Positions 1-13,235 of a stretch of 64,000 bases of DNA are shown here, in pieces. Below the pieces are notes generated by a model, which saw nothing but the letters and a program-made list of their open reading frames with translations, did no database searches and was not told where the DNA came from. The stretch's first letter is position 1; each line of letters opens with the position of its first letter. Source of the stretch: Chrysomallon squamiferum (lineage: Eukaryota > Animalia > Mollusca); the NCBI GenBank assembly GCA_012295275.1, contig CM022672.1, positions 11,346,001-11,410,000 on the forward strand. Direction: 5' to 3'. The translations under genes were made by a program, and so were the position numbers.

Positions 1-322
1 AAATAAATGAACAATCAAATGAGTAACTTAACTGTTAATTAGTTTACTGAATAAACATTTGATTTTCAAGGCAAACATTTTATAATATAAAATAAATACA
101 ATATAATTAAACATCAGTTTTAATCAATATTAATATTGTTTACATAGAGTTATGAAATATTAATTAATCAATTATTTTTTAAAATAGAAATAATAATGTG
201 TTGTATATTAAGAATTTAAAAAAAGGAGAAGAAAGAATGCCCATCTAAGAATCCACGACAAAAATAAAAGAGAGTTTTCAAAAGTACTTCAAAGTAAACA
301 ATACAGTACATAAAAGACTTAC

Positions 323-680
323 CTGTTTGTATGGAATATTCTCGTTTGCCTTTCTCTAGGATTTTATCAGCCAATTTAACTCATTAAACATCATTGCAAT
401 GTACAGACTGCGATCATACTGCGGAAAGATGCGCAAAGTTCAATACGATTTCCATCACAACATTGGCCGTTGATTGGTCTAAATGTCATTATATACCAGA
501 AAGGAAGTCACTAAGAAGTCACGTGGTTTGTTGGCTAGGGACGCTAAAAGCGTCGCTTCCGTTGTCCTTAGACGGGTTTTTGTAATTGCGTTTGAACGAG
601 AGCTGGTATCGATCGATAGTGCGGCGGACGTTAGAACTTGCCGAAGCATAGTCGTTATTCACTGATTATCGATAACCTTC
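323..680 (-). promoter_or_regulatory. Putative promoter and non-coding first exon of a gene running leftwards out of the window
   Basis: Strong minus-strand donor CAG|GTAAGT (plus strand ACTTAC ending at 322). CpG-rich patch at ~400-680 with ATTGG/CCAAT boxes (~462, ~473) and E-box GTCACGTGG (518-526). No coding exon recognised. Confidence 0.4.
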
Positions 681-1476
681 GATTTCGATTTATTCTTATT
701 TTTTCTTTATCTATTTTTAAAAATATGAATGAGCTGTTCGAGTTCTTTTGAAAAAATGAATTTAATGTTGTAATTAACATTAATGGCAATACATAAAAGG
801 ATATCTGTTGCTATGTGCATCATTTTCACAAAATGAGACACAGTCTTTTTTTTTAAAGATTTACAGATGTGATCACCCGGTATCACACACTCACACAGAC
901 ACACAGACACACACACACACACGACGAAATAGCAGCCATGGATTGACAAATACATTTTTCTTATTTGAATTCACCTTTATCTATTTCTTCTTTATTTGAT
1001 ATTTATTTTTAAAATTAAGAATTTCCAAGACATCGTTCACGCGTTACCATATCATATAGAAAACTCACAATGTCTTTTTTATTTATATTCCCTTGTATTC
1101 CTTTCTAGTGTCGCTGAGAAAAAATGATAATGTCAGAAACAGTGTATCGTTCGAAAGCACTGATAAATATGCCAAATACATGATAAAACTACAAAAGCGA
1201 AATAAATAGCGTAAATTTTAAAATTTAAAATGTTCAAGCATGCTTCTAGCGGTCGTTCGTTGAGATAGCACTTTATAAATACTAATATACTGTTGTCTCT
1301 TAGACAGATGTATAACATCTTTAAATATGACTTATTTTTGTTTTGAAAAAGAAAGAATTTAAAGAAAGCAATAGTAACAGAAACATTGAACATGAAAATT
1401 TTATGCATGTATACTGTTTTGATCGAACATTTTGAATCAACATCTGTGCATATTTTTTCCAGCATCAAGAGGGTAC

Positions 1477-1479
<3 letters not shown>

Positions 1480-1548
<69 letters not shown>
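1480..1548. repeat. (GA)n microsatellite
   Basis: Pure GA run; explains the ERER/SLSL ORFs. Confidence 0.95.
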
Positions 1549-1552
<4 letters not shown>

Positions 1553-1803
1553 TTTAAATAATATTATTTGTTTGTTTTTGTTTTTTCTCCACCCATTTAA
1601 AAGCAAGTATTTCGTTTTTTATTTATTATACTGATCAAATCTTCGACATTTTCGTTTTATTTGCTATGATTTATTCTTTTCTATATTTTTATTATTGTTT
1701 TGAAACCTCTAAATTTATTATATTTTTTTTACTAATTTGTTACGACGACAGCAACAACAACAGCAACAACAACAACAATAAGAAGAAGAAGAACAACAAC
1801 AAC

Positions 1804-1844
<41 letters not shown>

Positions 1845-2113
1845 TAAATATTTTACAACTTAAGATCTACGGTTTTTTCGGAGACAGAGATATTGACGTA
1901 ATGTAGCATTAAAAAGGAAACTTGATACTTTTACTATTGATTAGCAACAAAGTTTATTTTATATGCATCTGTACATAAAAGGAAACGAACTGAAGACTGT
2001 CTTTGATAAGACACGCCAGTGCACCGGGTGAGATGAAAAATAGATATGTGAGCTGAACGGGAAAATTTGATCATACAACTCTTAACACCTGATTCATATT
2101 CAGTGCTACTCTC

Positions 2114-2180
<67 letters not shown>

Positions 2181-3036
2181 GTTAGATTTAATAATTAACG
2201 AAATCTAGATGTGCTGCAGACTTCGTTTGTTAACCGGATAAAAATTACAGGTGTGAAGATTAAACTCGTCACTTTCCGCTACCATCACCGCGAAATTTAG
2301 GCAGCTATCGGTTTGACTTATGTAAAAGGGAGGAGTCAAAGTCAGACGACAGTCACGTGGGGTCGAATCTTTACATTCAGAGAAACGGAATTTTCGACTT
2401 CCGGTCTAAATGAGCGTTTATTCACGGCGCACTCGTCAGCATTTGATGAACAATCAAATCACTTAGGCAGACGAGCTTTGAGTATTTTTGTAAAAGAATT
2501 ATTTAATTGTGAAATAGACTCGCGTCGGTTTTGTGATCAAATCAATAACCATTGATCAATTTCTGAATTAAGTAGGAATGTGAAAAAAGTATCTTTGTGA
2601 ATGACTCTCCAAGCAGGCCAATATGTCACGCGCCGTTGTTTCGCTTATGACGTTTACAGTATCCAGGGCAACATTGCCGCTGATCTTAAGTAACAAAGTA
2701 GAGTTGTATGTATACTTTTTATTGCGACGTCATAAAGAAACAAATTTTTCTAAGTAATTTTTATTAGTCTATTTTGAAAAGGAAACGTCTCGATCAGAAA
2801 ATACGCCCATTTGGAATGACAATGAATATTCAGTACGTAATCTATGTTAGGCATTTTATTTCAGTTTACTTTTTGTTCTTTCCCTTTCTTTTTATTCATT
2901 CATTCATTATTCCTTTCTTCTTCCTTTTTCATAAGTTACGGGAGGATTGTTATGACAATAAGTCTTGTTTGATACCTGAAATATATTATAACACTATCAT
3001 TACACACCTGAAAGAAACCTCTCAAACCAAGAAAAA

Positions 3037-3075
<39 letters not shown>

Positions 3076-3332
3076 GTAGCTGTATCTATAGTAGTATTAG
3101 TAGTATTATAAAAAAGTAAAAAAATATGAAATAAAATAATAAAATAATTCAGTCATTCCCTATGTTAGTCGTAAACCATAAGTGAAATATTATTTGCTCG
3201 CTGATTATTTAACTTATATTTATATTGATTTAGTTTGCCGTTTAGTAGACGATAAAGCATCTCGTACATTTTCTATAAAACTAGCCTGTTTATGAAAAAT
3301 TCTAAAATTCAAGGTACAATATATCCATGTAT

Positions 3333-3371
<39 letters not shown>

Positions 3372-4978
3372 CTAACTTATTTATTGCTGGAAGTACGTTA
3401 ATCAAATAAACTATTAATTTTAATTTTAATTAATTCTATTATTTGGAAATCGTATTCTTTTATTTCCTTAGGCAATAAAACAGTTTTGAATATGATTTGA
3501 TTTTCTTTTTTCTAATTTTTCCATTTAGAATAGGCTTCCGAGCTGATTGAAACTACAAATTAAATGAAAAAATATTTACTTACCGATATTTCAAATTAAT
3601 TGCACATTTATTTTAAATGTAACTATTTTCAGGTGTTAAATTATTATTAAAATAACATGACTGAATAAGAAATAAACATTTAAATAACTATAAAAAATAA
3701 TAATTTAAAAATAACTATAGTTAACGTAGCTGTAGAAGGTGTTACTGTAGTAGTAGTAGTAGTAGCAGTAGTAGCGGTACAAAAAAGTAAAAATACAAAA
3801 TAAAATAAAATAAATAAAATTCTTTATTTTTGTTCGTTATGGTGCATTGTTTTATTATTATTTATTTTATTTTATTTTATATAAAAATACATATAAAATT
3901 GTATTTTATTTTACATATAAAATAAAATAACAACAACAATAACAATAAAACAACGCACTTACAGAAACAAATAAAAAACAAAAAAACACAACCACAATAA
4001 TATCAAACACCAAGCCAAACCTAAAACAAAACAAAAAAAACAAAAAAATAACAAAACAAAGAAAGATGTCTCCACGATTCTCAATTTTATTGACAAAAAA
4101 AAAACTCTCAGAATAAGCGAGCTGTCGATAAAAAGCATGCGGAATAGTGGAAGTGCTTGCAAAAACACAATTTCAAGTACCATCGTAGAGCTGGAACAAT
4201 GCCAGACAAGAGTCTAGACAATAGCACTAGAAAAGGACACGAACCGATGACAGTGGATGATAAAAGAGAAATGCAACGCACTGTCATAACGCTCAGATCG
4301 GTTAAAATTACAATAAAATACAAAACGTACAAATGTTCCAACAAAATGGAGTCGTCAATATTCCGTTTGTGTTCGTTACGTGTAAAGCTCTTACTGTTGT
4401 TCTTGTTTTTCTTCTTGGTTAGTTTTTTTTTTTTTTTTTGTAAATAATAATAATAATAATAAGTGCATCTGTTTGTTTATTTATTCATCATCATTTGTTG
4501 TTGTTTTATTTATTCATCATCATCATCTTGTTGTTGTTGTTGTTGTTATTTTTCTTTGTAACATTATTACGTCATCAAAACAGTATTCCGTTGTTGTTTA
4601 ATGGGTTTGTTATCGACATAAAGTATCATCAATATTGTTGATGTTGTTATTTTGTTATTTTTATTATTTAACATTACTACTATTCTGACAAGATTGTTGA
4701 TTTTGAACTATCATTAAACAACAGGGTTGAGGACTCGTCCGTATAAATAAAAAAAATAAATAAAACAACAAAAAAAACAAACAAACAAAACAAACCCCGC
4801 AAATAAAAAAGATGATTTTACCCACCTCCCTTTCGTGAAAGCGCGAGACCTCTTGTTAAAAAGAACGGTAAAAATAGTTTGACATTTTTGAATCTGACAT
4901 GACAAAATCTGAATTTTCTACATAGACAAATTCGTTTTCCTGTTTATCCAGTGTATAATTGTAAAGCGCAAAACATTT

Positions 4979-5010
<32 letters not shown>

Positions 5011-5469
5011 TCCTCTATTCATGTAGAGCAACAATATTTAGTAAGATAACCAATCTTTGGGGCTATACCGCTCGGGTGTGAATTAAATGAATTTTAACTG
5101 TAATGATTCTAAATCTGTTATTAACATTTGAAAGAGGATTATGAACTTTTGGAGGGTAAGCAGCCATGGGGAAGAGACAATATCAATAACACCAATAACA
5201 ACAATACCAATAATGATGATGATAATAATAAGGAGAAGAAGAAGAACAACAACAACAACAACAGCAAGGAGAAGAATGATGATGATGATGATAATAATAA
5301 TAATTAAATATTTTAAAATCAGATGCCTTATTTAGGATTATTTTTTGTAATAGAAGTTAGCTAATAAATTAATTATTTTTTCATTCTTTAATTCTTCTTT
5401 TACTCTTCTACTTCGCGTTGATCTTCTTTTTCTTCTAATTCTAATTATTAATACGATCATACTGGATTA

Positions 5470-5507
<38 letters not shown>

Positions 5508-6843
5508 AAAACAAACGAACAAACCAATTTATTGTTCAATAAACACTAAATTCGATCTTTCTTCTGATGTCGTTGCATCATCTGACATTCAGAACTGCAC
5601 GCGGCGTTGTTCCTAAGATTCCAGAAGGAAATTAGCCGTTTGCCACGAAGTCTTCATGCATAAAATTCTGATGCCAGAGATTGTGCACGGCGAGGCAAGT
5701 TTTTGTGGCAACGAAATGGGCAATCATTGTTCACGACTTTCGGCTGAAAAGACTGCTCTAACAAGCAACGCCGGCCACGTCAGCAAGGGTAACCGACAAT
5801 ACTCACGCGCCACTAGCTCTACCAGTCACAGGAACGCGATTAAGCAAAAGTTGATGGGAAAATCTCGTATAGAACGGAGATCAATACAAAAGTTAATCAT
5901 CTGACGATAAAAATATACAATCTTTATTCACGTGCCATGCATTTCTAAGGCGATCCGGTCGTAAGATCATCAAACGTATGCTTGTAACCGGGACCCAAGA
6001 AAGCAATTAGCTTGAATGACTGGTCCTCTGCTGAAGAGGATTATGCCAGTGACGTTTGTCTATTCATGCCTTATCAGTATGCCACCCCAAGTGACATGTT
6101 TTTGCCAAGGTTGTAAATAAGAAACACGAGTTTTTATTAAAAAGGGCATCTTGAACTAAACAGTAAACAAAAACAAAAAATAAAAAATAAAAAAATTTAT
6201 AGTCGGAACTCCGGTAGAGTAGTTTTACAGAACAGAAGGTAGGCTATAGTTAAAAAAAAAAAATTTTTTGTTAACATAACTTCAGCAACATAAGTAAATA
6301 AATGCAAGAGTTTTTAACAAACACGTAATTTTAACAACAGAAGAAATTAGGATCTACAATTTTTAACAACGCAGTATAAATAAAAATGCGATTTTGTCAA
6401 ATACCTTTCACAGAACAGTAAATAAAAAATAGTAATTTTAGCAACAAAATAAATGAAAACAGTTTTTAATAAATACAAAACATTAACAATTCAGTAAAAA
6501 AAATAGTTTCTAACAACACAAAAAAAAAAAAAAAAAAAAGTATTTAATAAACACGCAATAATGACGCAATAAACGAAATAGTAAGTAAAATGAATTTTTG
6601 TTTTGTATTAAACAGTCTGACGGAAATGTTTGTAAATATATACCTTCTATAATATGCATCTACATATACAGAAACATAAAATTATTTTTATAGTTTAAAG
6701 AAACATCGAAATAAATAACAGAAATAATAACAGTATTCAAAACTTGTTAGAAATTAGTAGGCTGAAATGCAAGAACAAACCCTAGAACATAAATGTAACG
6801 AACGACATTTGGTGATAGAGAAGTAAATTATATTTAATATTTT

Positions 6844-6888
<45 letters not shown>

Positions 6889-7522
6889 TTATAGCCAAAA
6901 CACAAATCCATTAAACGCTGTTATTTATTTGTTTGTTTGTTTGTTTGTTTATTTATACAGACAGATTATTGTGTAGTAAGAATATCGACTACAAGGCAGT
7001 TCTAAGACTGTTTGGTAGATGGTTCACATTTTTGACACTGATAACGTCAACACCAAACCCATTCTGAAGCTAGTCTTTAAGAATGCACAGTTCTCCATTA
7101 CAAAACGCACCCATATTAAGTTTCATACAGATTTATCTGCTTGCTCTTGAATGACCTCGAGTGTATAGCAATTGTAGGTGTAAACAGCTAAACGGGCGTA
7201 CGGTTAATGGGCTGACAGTCATAGAAACGTGTCAGTCAATTAGTCACAGTCCGTAAGTCTCCGATAATCTTAGATAAAGACAAACGGACGTTCAGACGAT
7301 GATTCATCGCGCTAATCGAAGTATCGATAAACCGACTCAAGGATCAGTCACTAAGTACTGAGTAATGATCCTCGTTTGGCTCGAATATTCATAAAAATCG
7401 AGTTTAGGGAAGGTCAGCTACATGTCTTCGTGACCGCTGTTTCTCTTTGGTAAGGTTACTCAAAGAATCCCTTTATTTCCGCTTTAAAGTGTAGACCGTT
7501 TGTATTATGCTACTGATGTATG

Positions 7523-7960
7523 ACTGTGTGTGTGTGTGTGTATATGTGTATGACTGTTTGCATGTATGCATGCATGTATGTGTGTGAGTGTATGTATGTA
7601 TGTATGTATGTATGTATGTATGTATGTATGTATGTATGTATGTATGTATGTATGTATGTATGTATGTATGTATGTATGTTAATATGTATGTTTTATATGT
7701 ATATGTACCTGTTTGTGTGTGCATGTCTGTATGTGAGAGTCCATGTGTATGCGTATATATTATGTATGGATATTTTATTTCAGTTATCAGTAAAGAATCT
7801 TAAACATTTGTTTTGTGTGTTGTTTCTGACTTAAAAAATCTTCTGTCATCTTAAAGACGCTTTCCTGAATTCAGATAAACAGTCTTCGGCGGGTTTTTGC
7901 TGAATTCTGCTTCTGACGCTAGTACAAATATAAAAAGATGATTCGTAATACTTCGTGTGT

Positions 7961-8026
<66 letters not shown>

Positions 8027-8369
8027 TATTTACAATTAACAGTAGAATAACAAATCGTATAAAAATCTGGATGAAGACGTCTTGTTTGAATTTACATACG
8101 ACGTCTTCGAGAGTTCCTAAACTTCAAAGTATTTTGTGTCAAATGCAGTTGACTGCTGGGTGTATGAGACTTCGTCTTAAGGGTGCTGAAGTACTTGTTG
8201 GCATCCAAAAAATCGAATTCTTGATTTGTTGATTATGAAGAAATACAAAGAGAAAAGTAAAATGGGAATTCGATTAACGATGGACAAAAATCTTACTGAG
8301 AGGACACTTAGTGCAGAAAAGGCACAAGTTACCTCAGTATGACAAATAATAAAGAAACAGAAATTATGT

Positions 8370-8405
<36 letters not shown>

Positions 8406-8635
8406 CGATACATATTTATATATGCATACGTTTATCGACACACACACACACATATATATGCCATGCATCTTTTTCTCTGTCTGCATGTATCTGTTTACTA
8501 TGTATATGTATATGTATGTGTGTGTATGTATACATGTATGCATGTATGCATGTATGTATGTATGTATGTATGTATGTATGTATGTATGTATGTATGTATG
8601 TATGTATGTATGTATGTATGTATATGTATGTACAT
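7523..8635. repeat. Cluster of (TATG)n and (TG)n microsatellites
   Basis: (TATG)n at ~7590-7678 and ~8550-8630; (TG)n at ~7955-8025 and ~8366-8403; explains the MYVC/HTYI ORFs. Confidence 0.95.
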
Positions 8636-8862
8636 TAACGACATGCTGGAAGTATACGGGCAAGTAGGACTCATTCACAGAACTCATTAAAATTAGTAAC
8701 ACCAAGAATAAGAACAACTACATACGCCAGAGATGTTTCAAGTGGTATGCACGGACTTTGTGGAACTCACTCTCAAGTAATATCAGGGAGGCTGAAACAT
8801 CAGCTACATTCAAAACACTACTAAAGACCCATTTCTTTCAAATACACTTTGTTAATATATAG
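8636..8862 (+). mobile_element. Decayed 3' end of an L2/CR1-group LINE ORF2
   Basis: With one frameshift it reads LVTPRIRTTTY-QRCFKWYARTLWNSLSSNIREAETSATFKTLLKTHFFQIHF. This matches the C-terminal G.R.F....P.LWNSLP..IR......FK..LKT.LF tail typical of L2-clade reverse transcriptases. Confidence 0.7.
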
Positions 8863-9724
8863 TTAGGTTTTATTTTTCCAATTTTAAAAGGTTCTAAGCT
8901 AGTCTATTAATTATCTTATACAATTTCTGAATATGACTCATTTATTTTTACCATTATTCCATGTTCAAATATATATTTTTAACAATGCTAGAGAGAGAAT
9001 AAAAGATAATATAAAAAATAAAAATTCCTGGCTCAGACACTGTAACTATTATTAAGTACACCCACGTTTTTTATGACAGATTTTCAAAGCTCAAATCTCA
9101 GATATGCATTTCATTACCGCATTGATCTTTATACGGCTCAGAAATGTTTTTTTTCTTCTTCTAATTGCAGAACATTCTATATTGGCTACCTTTGTAGATA
9201 CCTTTCGCAAATGAATTTATCCTGTTCAGTGGTTTTAAAACGCCCGGTACGCTTCCTGTAATGTATTGATTGATGCAGTAAACTTAAGCACATGTATAAA
9301 ACACTGTCATTTTGCCTTTCTGTTGTCAAGTTACTGAAAAATAAATGTTGACAGTTTTAGGAGAGAGAAGCAGAAGATGCACCGATATGATAAATTCAAA
9401 TAAATCTTTTGTAAAGGGCCTCAAATGTGTGCGCGAACCATTAACGGATATTTCAGTTTGATACATTGTTACACACACCTCAGAGTTCTGTTTCAAAAAT
9501 ACAATGTCCAAAATCTTTTGTAAACTGTATCTCAAATGTACACGCAAAAAACTAAAGAGTTTTTCAGACTGGTTTATCATTTCACGTTGCTGAAACAGGC
9601 TGTTGCTTCAAAAATGTAATTTGCATTGTTTTGTCATAAGTCTCGAATGTGCCTGCGAAGCATTATGGGATATTTCAGTGTGATATGTAATTTCACCCTG
9701 ATTAACGTAGAATGTTGTTTTAAA

Positions 9725-9758
<34 letters not shown>

Positions 9759-10080
9759 TATTTATTTATTTTTATTTATTATATGAGTATAGAAATATGT
9801 ACTGGTATATAGGTATACAAGAAAAAACAAAACAAACATAAATACATAAAGAAAGAAAGAAAGAAAGAAAGAAAGAAAATTAATAATAAACATAATAAAC
9901 AAAGCTAAAAAAAAAATAAAAAAAAATAAAAAAATTAATTTAATTAAAAAACACCATCAAATAATGAATAAAAACCTCGAACATTTTGGTGCCATTTTGA
10001 GATGAAATCGTTAAGAGTTTCGTCCCTTCAGTGCTCAGCCAGAGCAGATTAATTATTAACACTGCAATTTTCAGATAAAA

Positions 10081-10112
<32 letters not shown>

Positions 10113-10547
10113 AAAAAGGTAAAAATAATAATAATAATAATAATAATAGTAATAAAAATAAAAATTAAATTAAATTAAAGCTAACTGGCATTTCACGATA
10201 TTATTATTATTATTGTCATTATTTCAAAATTTATAATGACTATAATAATAATAATAATAATAATAATGATAATAATAATAATAATAATAATAATATTAAT
10301 AATAACAATGATAATGATGATAATTAAGTGTTATTGTTTTTATCTTTTCAAATTAATGTTGTTGCTAATATGCTTGCGTGTTGTTTTGTTGTTATTCTTT
10401 TTGTTATTATTGCTATTTTCATGCTGTGTGATTTTATTCTGTTTTAATTAAAATTATATACTTCAGAATGAAACTGTCAGTAAATTTTTAATATATATAT
10501 ATATGTATATGTATGTATGTATGTATGTATATGTATGTATGTATGTA

Positions 10548-10588
<41 letters not shown>

Positions 10589-10698
10589 TTATTTATTTAC
10601 TTCTTGTTTTTAATATTTTTTTATTTGTAGCAATTCAACTATCAGTGCCAGCTTTGACACAAAATCGTACCAAAGGCATCAATAAAAAGAAAGTAACA

Positions 10699-10760
10699 AC
10701 CGGAAGTTATGGTTCGCAAATGTGCAGGGTTGGAATTAATCAGAGAAAAATAAATATGGC
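10699..10760 (+). promoter_or_regulatory. GrpE proximal promoter: ETS/GABPA-type CCGGAAGT site and YY1-like AATATGGC around the ATG
   Basis: ACCGGAAGTT at ~10699-10708, about 50 bp upstream of ATG 10756. Such sites are typical of nuclear-encoded mitochondrial housekeeping genes. Motif match only. Confidence 0.4.
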
Positions 10761-13235
10761 AGCTTCAGGTAGCATGTGGCTAGGCACTTTTGTGAAGATG
10801 TCACGTTTTTCACAGTCCGTTGTTTGTAGATATACTAGCAGGTATGTTTTGAGAAAACTATGAAGACAATAACTTCAAAATTTCGTTAACAATTAAGATA
10901 TAAGCATTCTGGAAACGAAATGTGAAATAATAGTTTTAATACTGATGTAACATTGACCCGCTGTTGCATGACGAATAAAGTCGAATTAAAATCCAAAGTA
11001 GGACACACAACAAATTTTTGTTAGAAGGATAGCTAGTACCTAGTAATTTTACTAACACCCTTTAAACTTTTTAAAATAATATTACATATTGTTGTATATA
11101 ACTGATTAATTAAAGAACATAAAATGGTGGAAAATCTGACATAAAGTACTTAGAAATTGTGGGAACATGCCTTTCCGATTAGGATCTCGCCCTGGTATTT
11201 GACTTTGCTGTAAACAGTTTGGTTTGGAATCAATAAGTACTTCAATAATGTTTGAATACAAAGTTTTATTTAGATGTTAGTTTACTTGATTATTCGTACA
11301 TTTTCATTTCCTCACAAAGAGAATACATTTGACAAAATAAAAAAAAACAAAAAAAAAACAATGTCAAGAAACTGAATGGTAAATCCAAGATGCTTCCTAT
11401 GACATTTTCCCAGAAATCACAGACGCTGTTTTATTATCATAGCTATGATAAATACCTTTAACAAGTATTTATAATTTTTAAGCACAGTGTACATTTTCTA
11501 ACCATCTCAACACTAACATCTTCATGTTAATAATAAGGAAATCCATGAGAGATTGGGCTACATTAACAAACCATCAGTATCATCTCTTTCAGTCACAGCA
11601 TGTGACATTAAACTATACTGAAATTACAGTAAGGCACTTTTGTTTTCTCAGAGTAAGGTATTAAAACTTACATAGTTAAAAACAGATGATTCTAAATAAA
11701 CTCAGCTTTCTCAGTAATCGAGGTTTTGTAACTGATTTACTGTAATGTAAGAAAACAAAATCTTTATTTTCATAATAAAATAAAATAAAATAAAATAAAA
11801 TAAAATAAATTAAAAATCTCCAAGATGCTGTATAATTATAATTCAGCAGTGATTATAAATATTTAATCAGCAAACCCTTGTTCATACACAGTTAAACCAC
11901 TTATGGCTAAATCCATGATTTCAATAAAACGTGGGCCACTATCATTCAAATTTAATGTTGATACTTTTTGAAAAGAAAAATTTGCCAAATAAATGGGAGA
12001 ATGACTCAAATGATAGACCCAGTATAAAACTGTACAGTCTTTTTAAAAAAAAAAATTTTAGGGGGGGGTCAGTAGATTGTGACATTATGTTACTTTTATA
12101 AACTTTGAAGCAGGTTAAAAACTAAACTTTAATTACAGATGTTACAGACTAAGACATTTATCCACCACGGCAACTGATCAGATTGCTGCCGACTCCACAA
12201 AGACAGAGAAAGACGTTAACACTGAACAGCCTAGTTTAGAAAAACAGCTGCAAGAACAAAAGGAGAAATATGAAGCTGAGATTTCTGATTTGAAGGTACA
12301 TTCATGTCATTCTTTGATAGTAAAAGTATTTGTTACTTAACATGAAATGCACACACAGAGTGTAAGTGTTATATATTAAATAATATATTATGGAAATTGG
12401 GTAAAAAAAAAAAAATGTATTGGAAGTAAAATAAAACAATGAATAATGTGAGTAATATGAGATGTACATAATTTGTCATTTTAGTAAAATCATGAAGATT
12501 TGTTTAATGACATTTTCTACTGAATTCTATATTAAGAACTGTTGTATTTTGAACCAGTTCTATAAGTAGTAAAATCCAAGAGTAAACCAGCTGTTGTTAT
12601 GACTTGAAAAATTTCAGATTTACTTTGTAACAACGAATTCAGACACAAAGGTAATAATGTGCACACGACATACCTGTAAAATAAAATTTTAAATTGGTTT
12701 TACAGTTTACAATGATGTATGTTCTGTCACTGTCATCAGTTAATAATATAAAGTACTGTCTAAAAACTAAAGTTACCTTTAAGAAATCATTCACATCATT
12801 TTTCAGGACAAATATTTGAGATCAATTGCAGAAACCGAGAATGTTAGGACACGAATGAAAAAACAGATCGAGGATGCCAAACTGTTTGGAATTCAGGGTT
12901 TCTGTAAAGACCTCTTAGACGTTGCAGACGTACTTGGCCAAGCAACAGAAAGTGTTCCAAAAGAGGAAATTACAAACAAAAACCCACACCTTAAGAGCCT
13001 CTTTGAAGGCTTAACAATGACAGAAAGTCAGCTTCAGAAGACATTTGTAAATCATGGACTGGAACAGATAATACCGAAGAAGGGCGAGAAATTTGACCCG
13101 TATCTTCACGAAGCACTTTTTTCTGTCCCTGGGCAGGAGAGTGATAATGGCAACATCGCAGTACTGCAGAAAATCGGCTACAGACTTCACGATCGAACGC
13201 TGAGACCGGCATTAGTAGGAGTTTTCAAATCATGA
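10756..13235 (+). CDS. GRPEL1: GrpE protein homolog, mitochondrial (nucleotide-exchange factor for mtHsp70), ~223 aa
   Basis: Exons 10756-10841, 12139-12295, 12807-13235; GT-AG, frame-consistent. N-terminus is Arg/Ser-rich and acid-free, like a mitochondrial presequence. Core has DKYLRSIAETENVRTR, FGIQGFCKDLLDVAD, GEKFDPYLHEALF and GYRLHDRTLRPALVGV. AATAAA at ~13409. Confidence 0.96.

Noticed and set aside
1133-1863. ORFs with SLSL, ERER and IIII runs (similar ones at 7473-8717, 10236-10451, 57431-57900, 59565-60130, 61419-62368)
   Set aside because: They are translations of (GA)n, (TATG)n, (TG)n, (AAT)n and (TTTA)n microsatellites.
5636-5715. Imperfect inverted repeat (TTGCCACGAA ... TTTGTGGCAA) as a pre-miRNA
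   Set aside because: The paired stem is only ~10-13 bp and no known mature miRNA was recognised.
6280-6600. Degenerate TTTTAACAAC-rich periodic sequence; also short local duplications at 3076/3727 and 9419/9641
   Set aside because: Ordinary decayed tandem or local repeats with no sign of function.
10513-10755. 5' extension of the ORF containing GrpE exon 1
   Set aside because: It starts in a (TATG)/(TA) repeat. ATG 10756 gives a presequence-like N-terminus and a normal GrpE length.
12991-13212. Antisense ORFs over real exons (also 35124-35315, 37914-38207, 42488-42700, 48380-48652)
   Set aside because: They are shadows of coding exons on the opposite strand, with no independent features.
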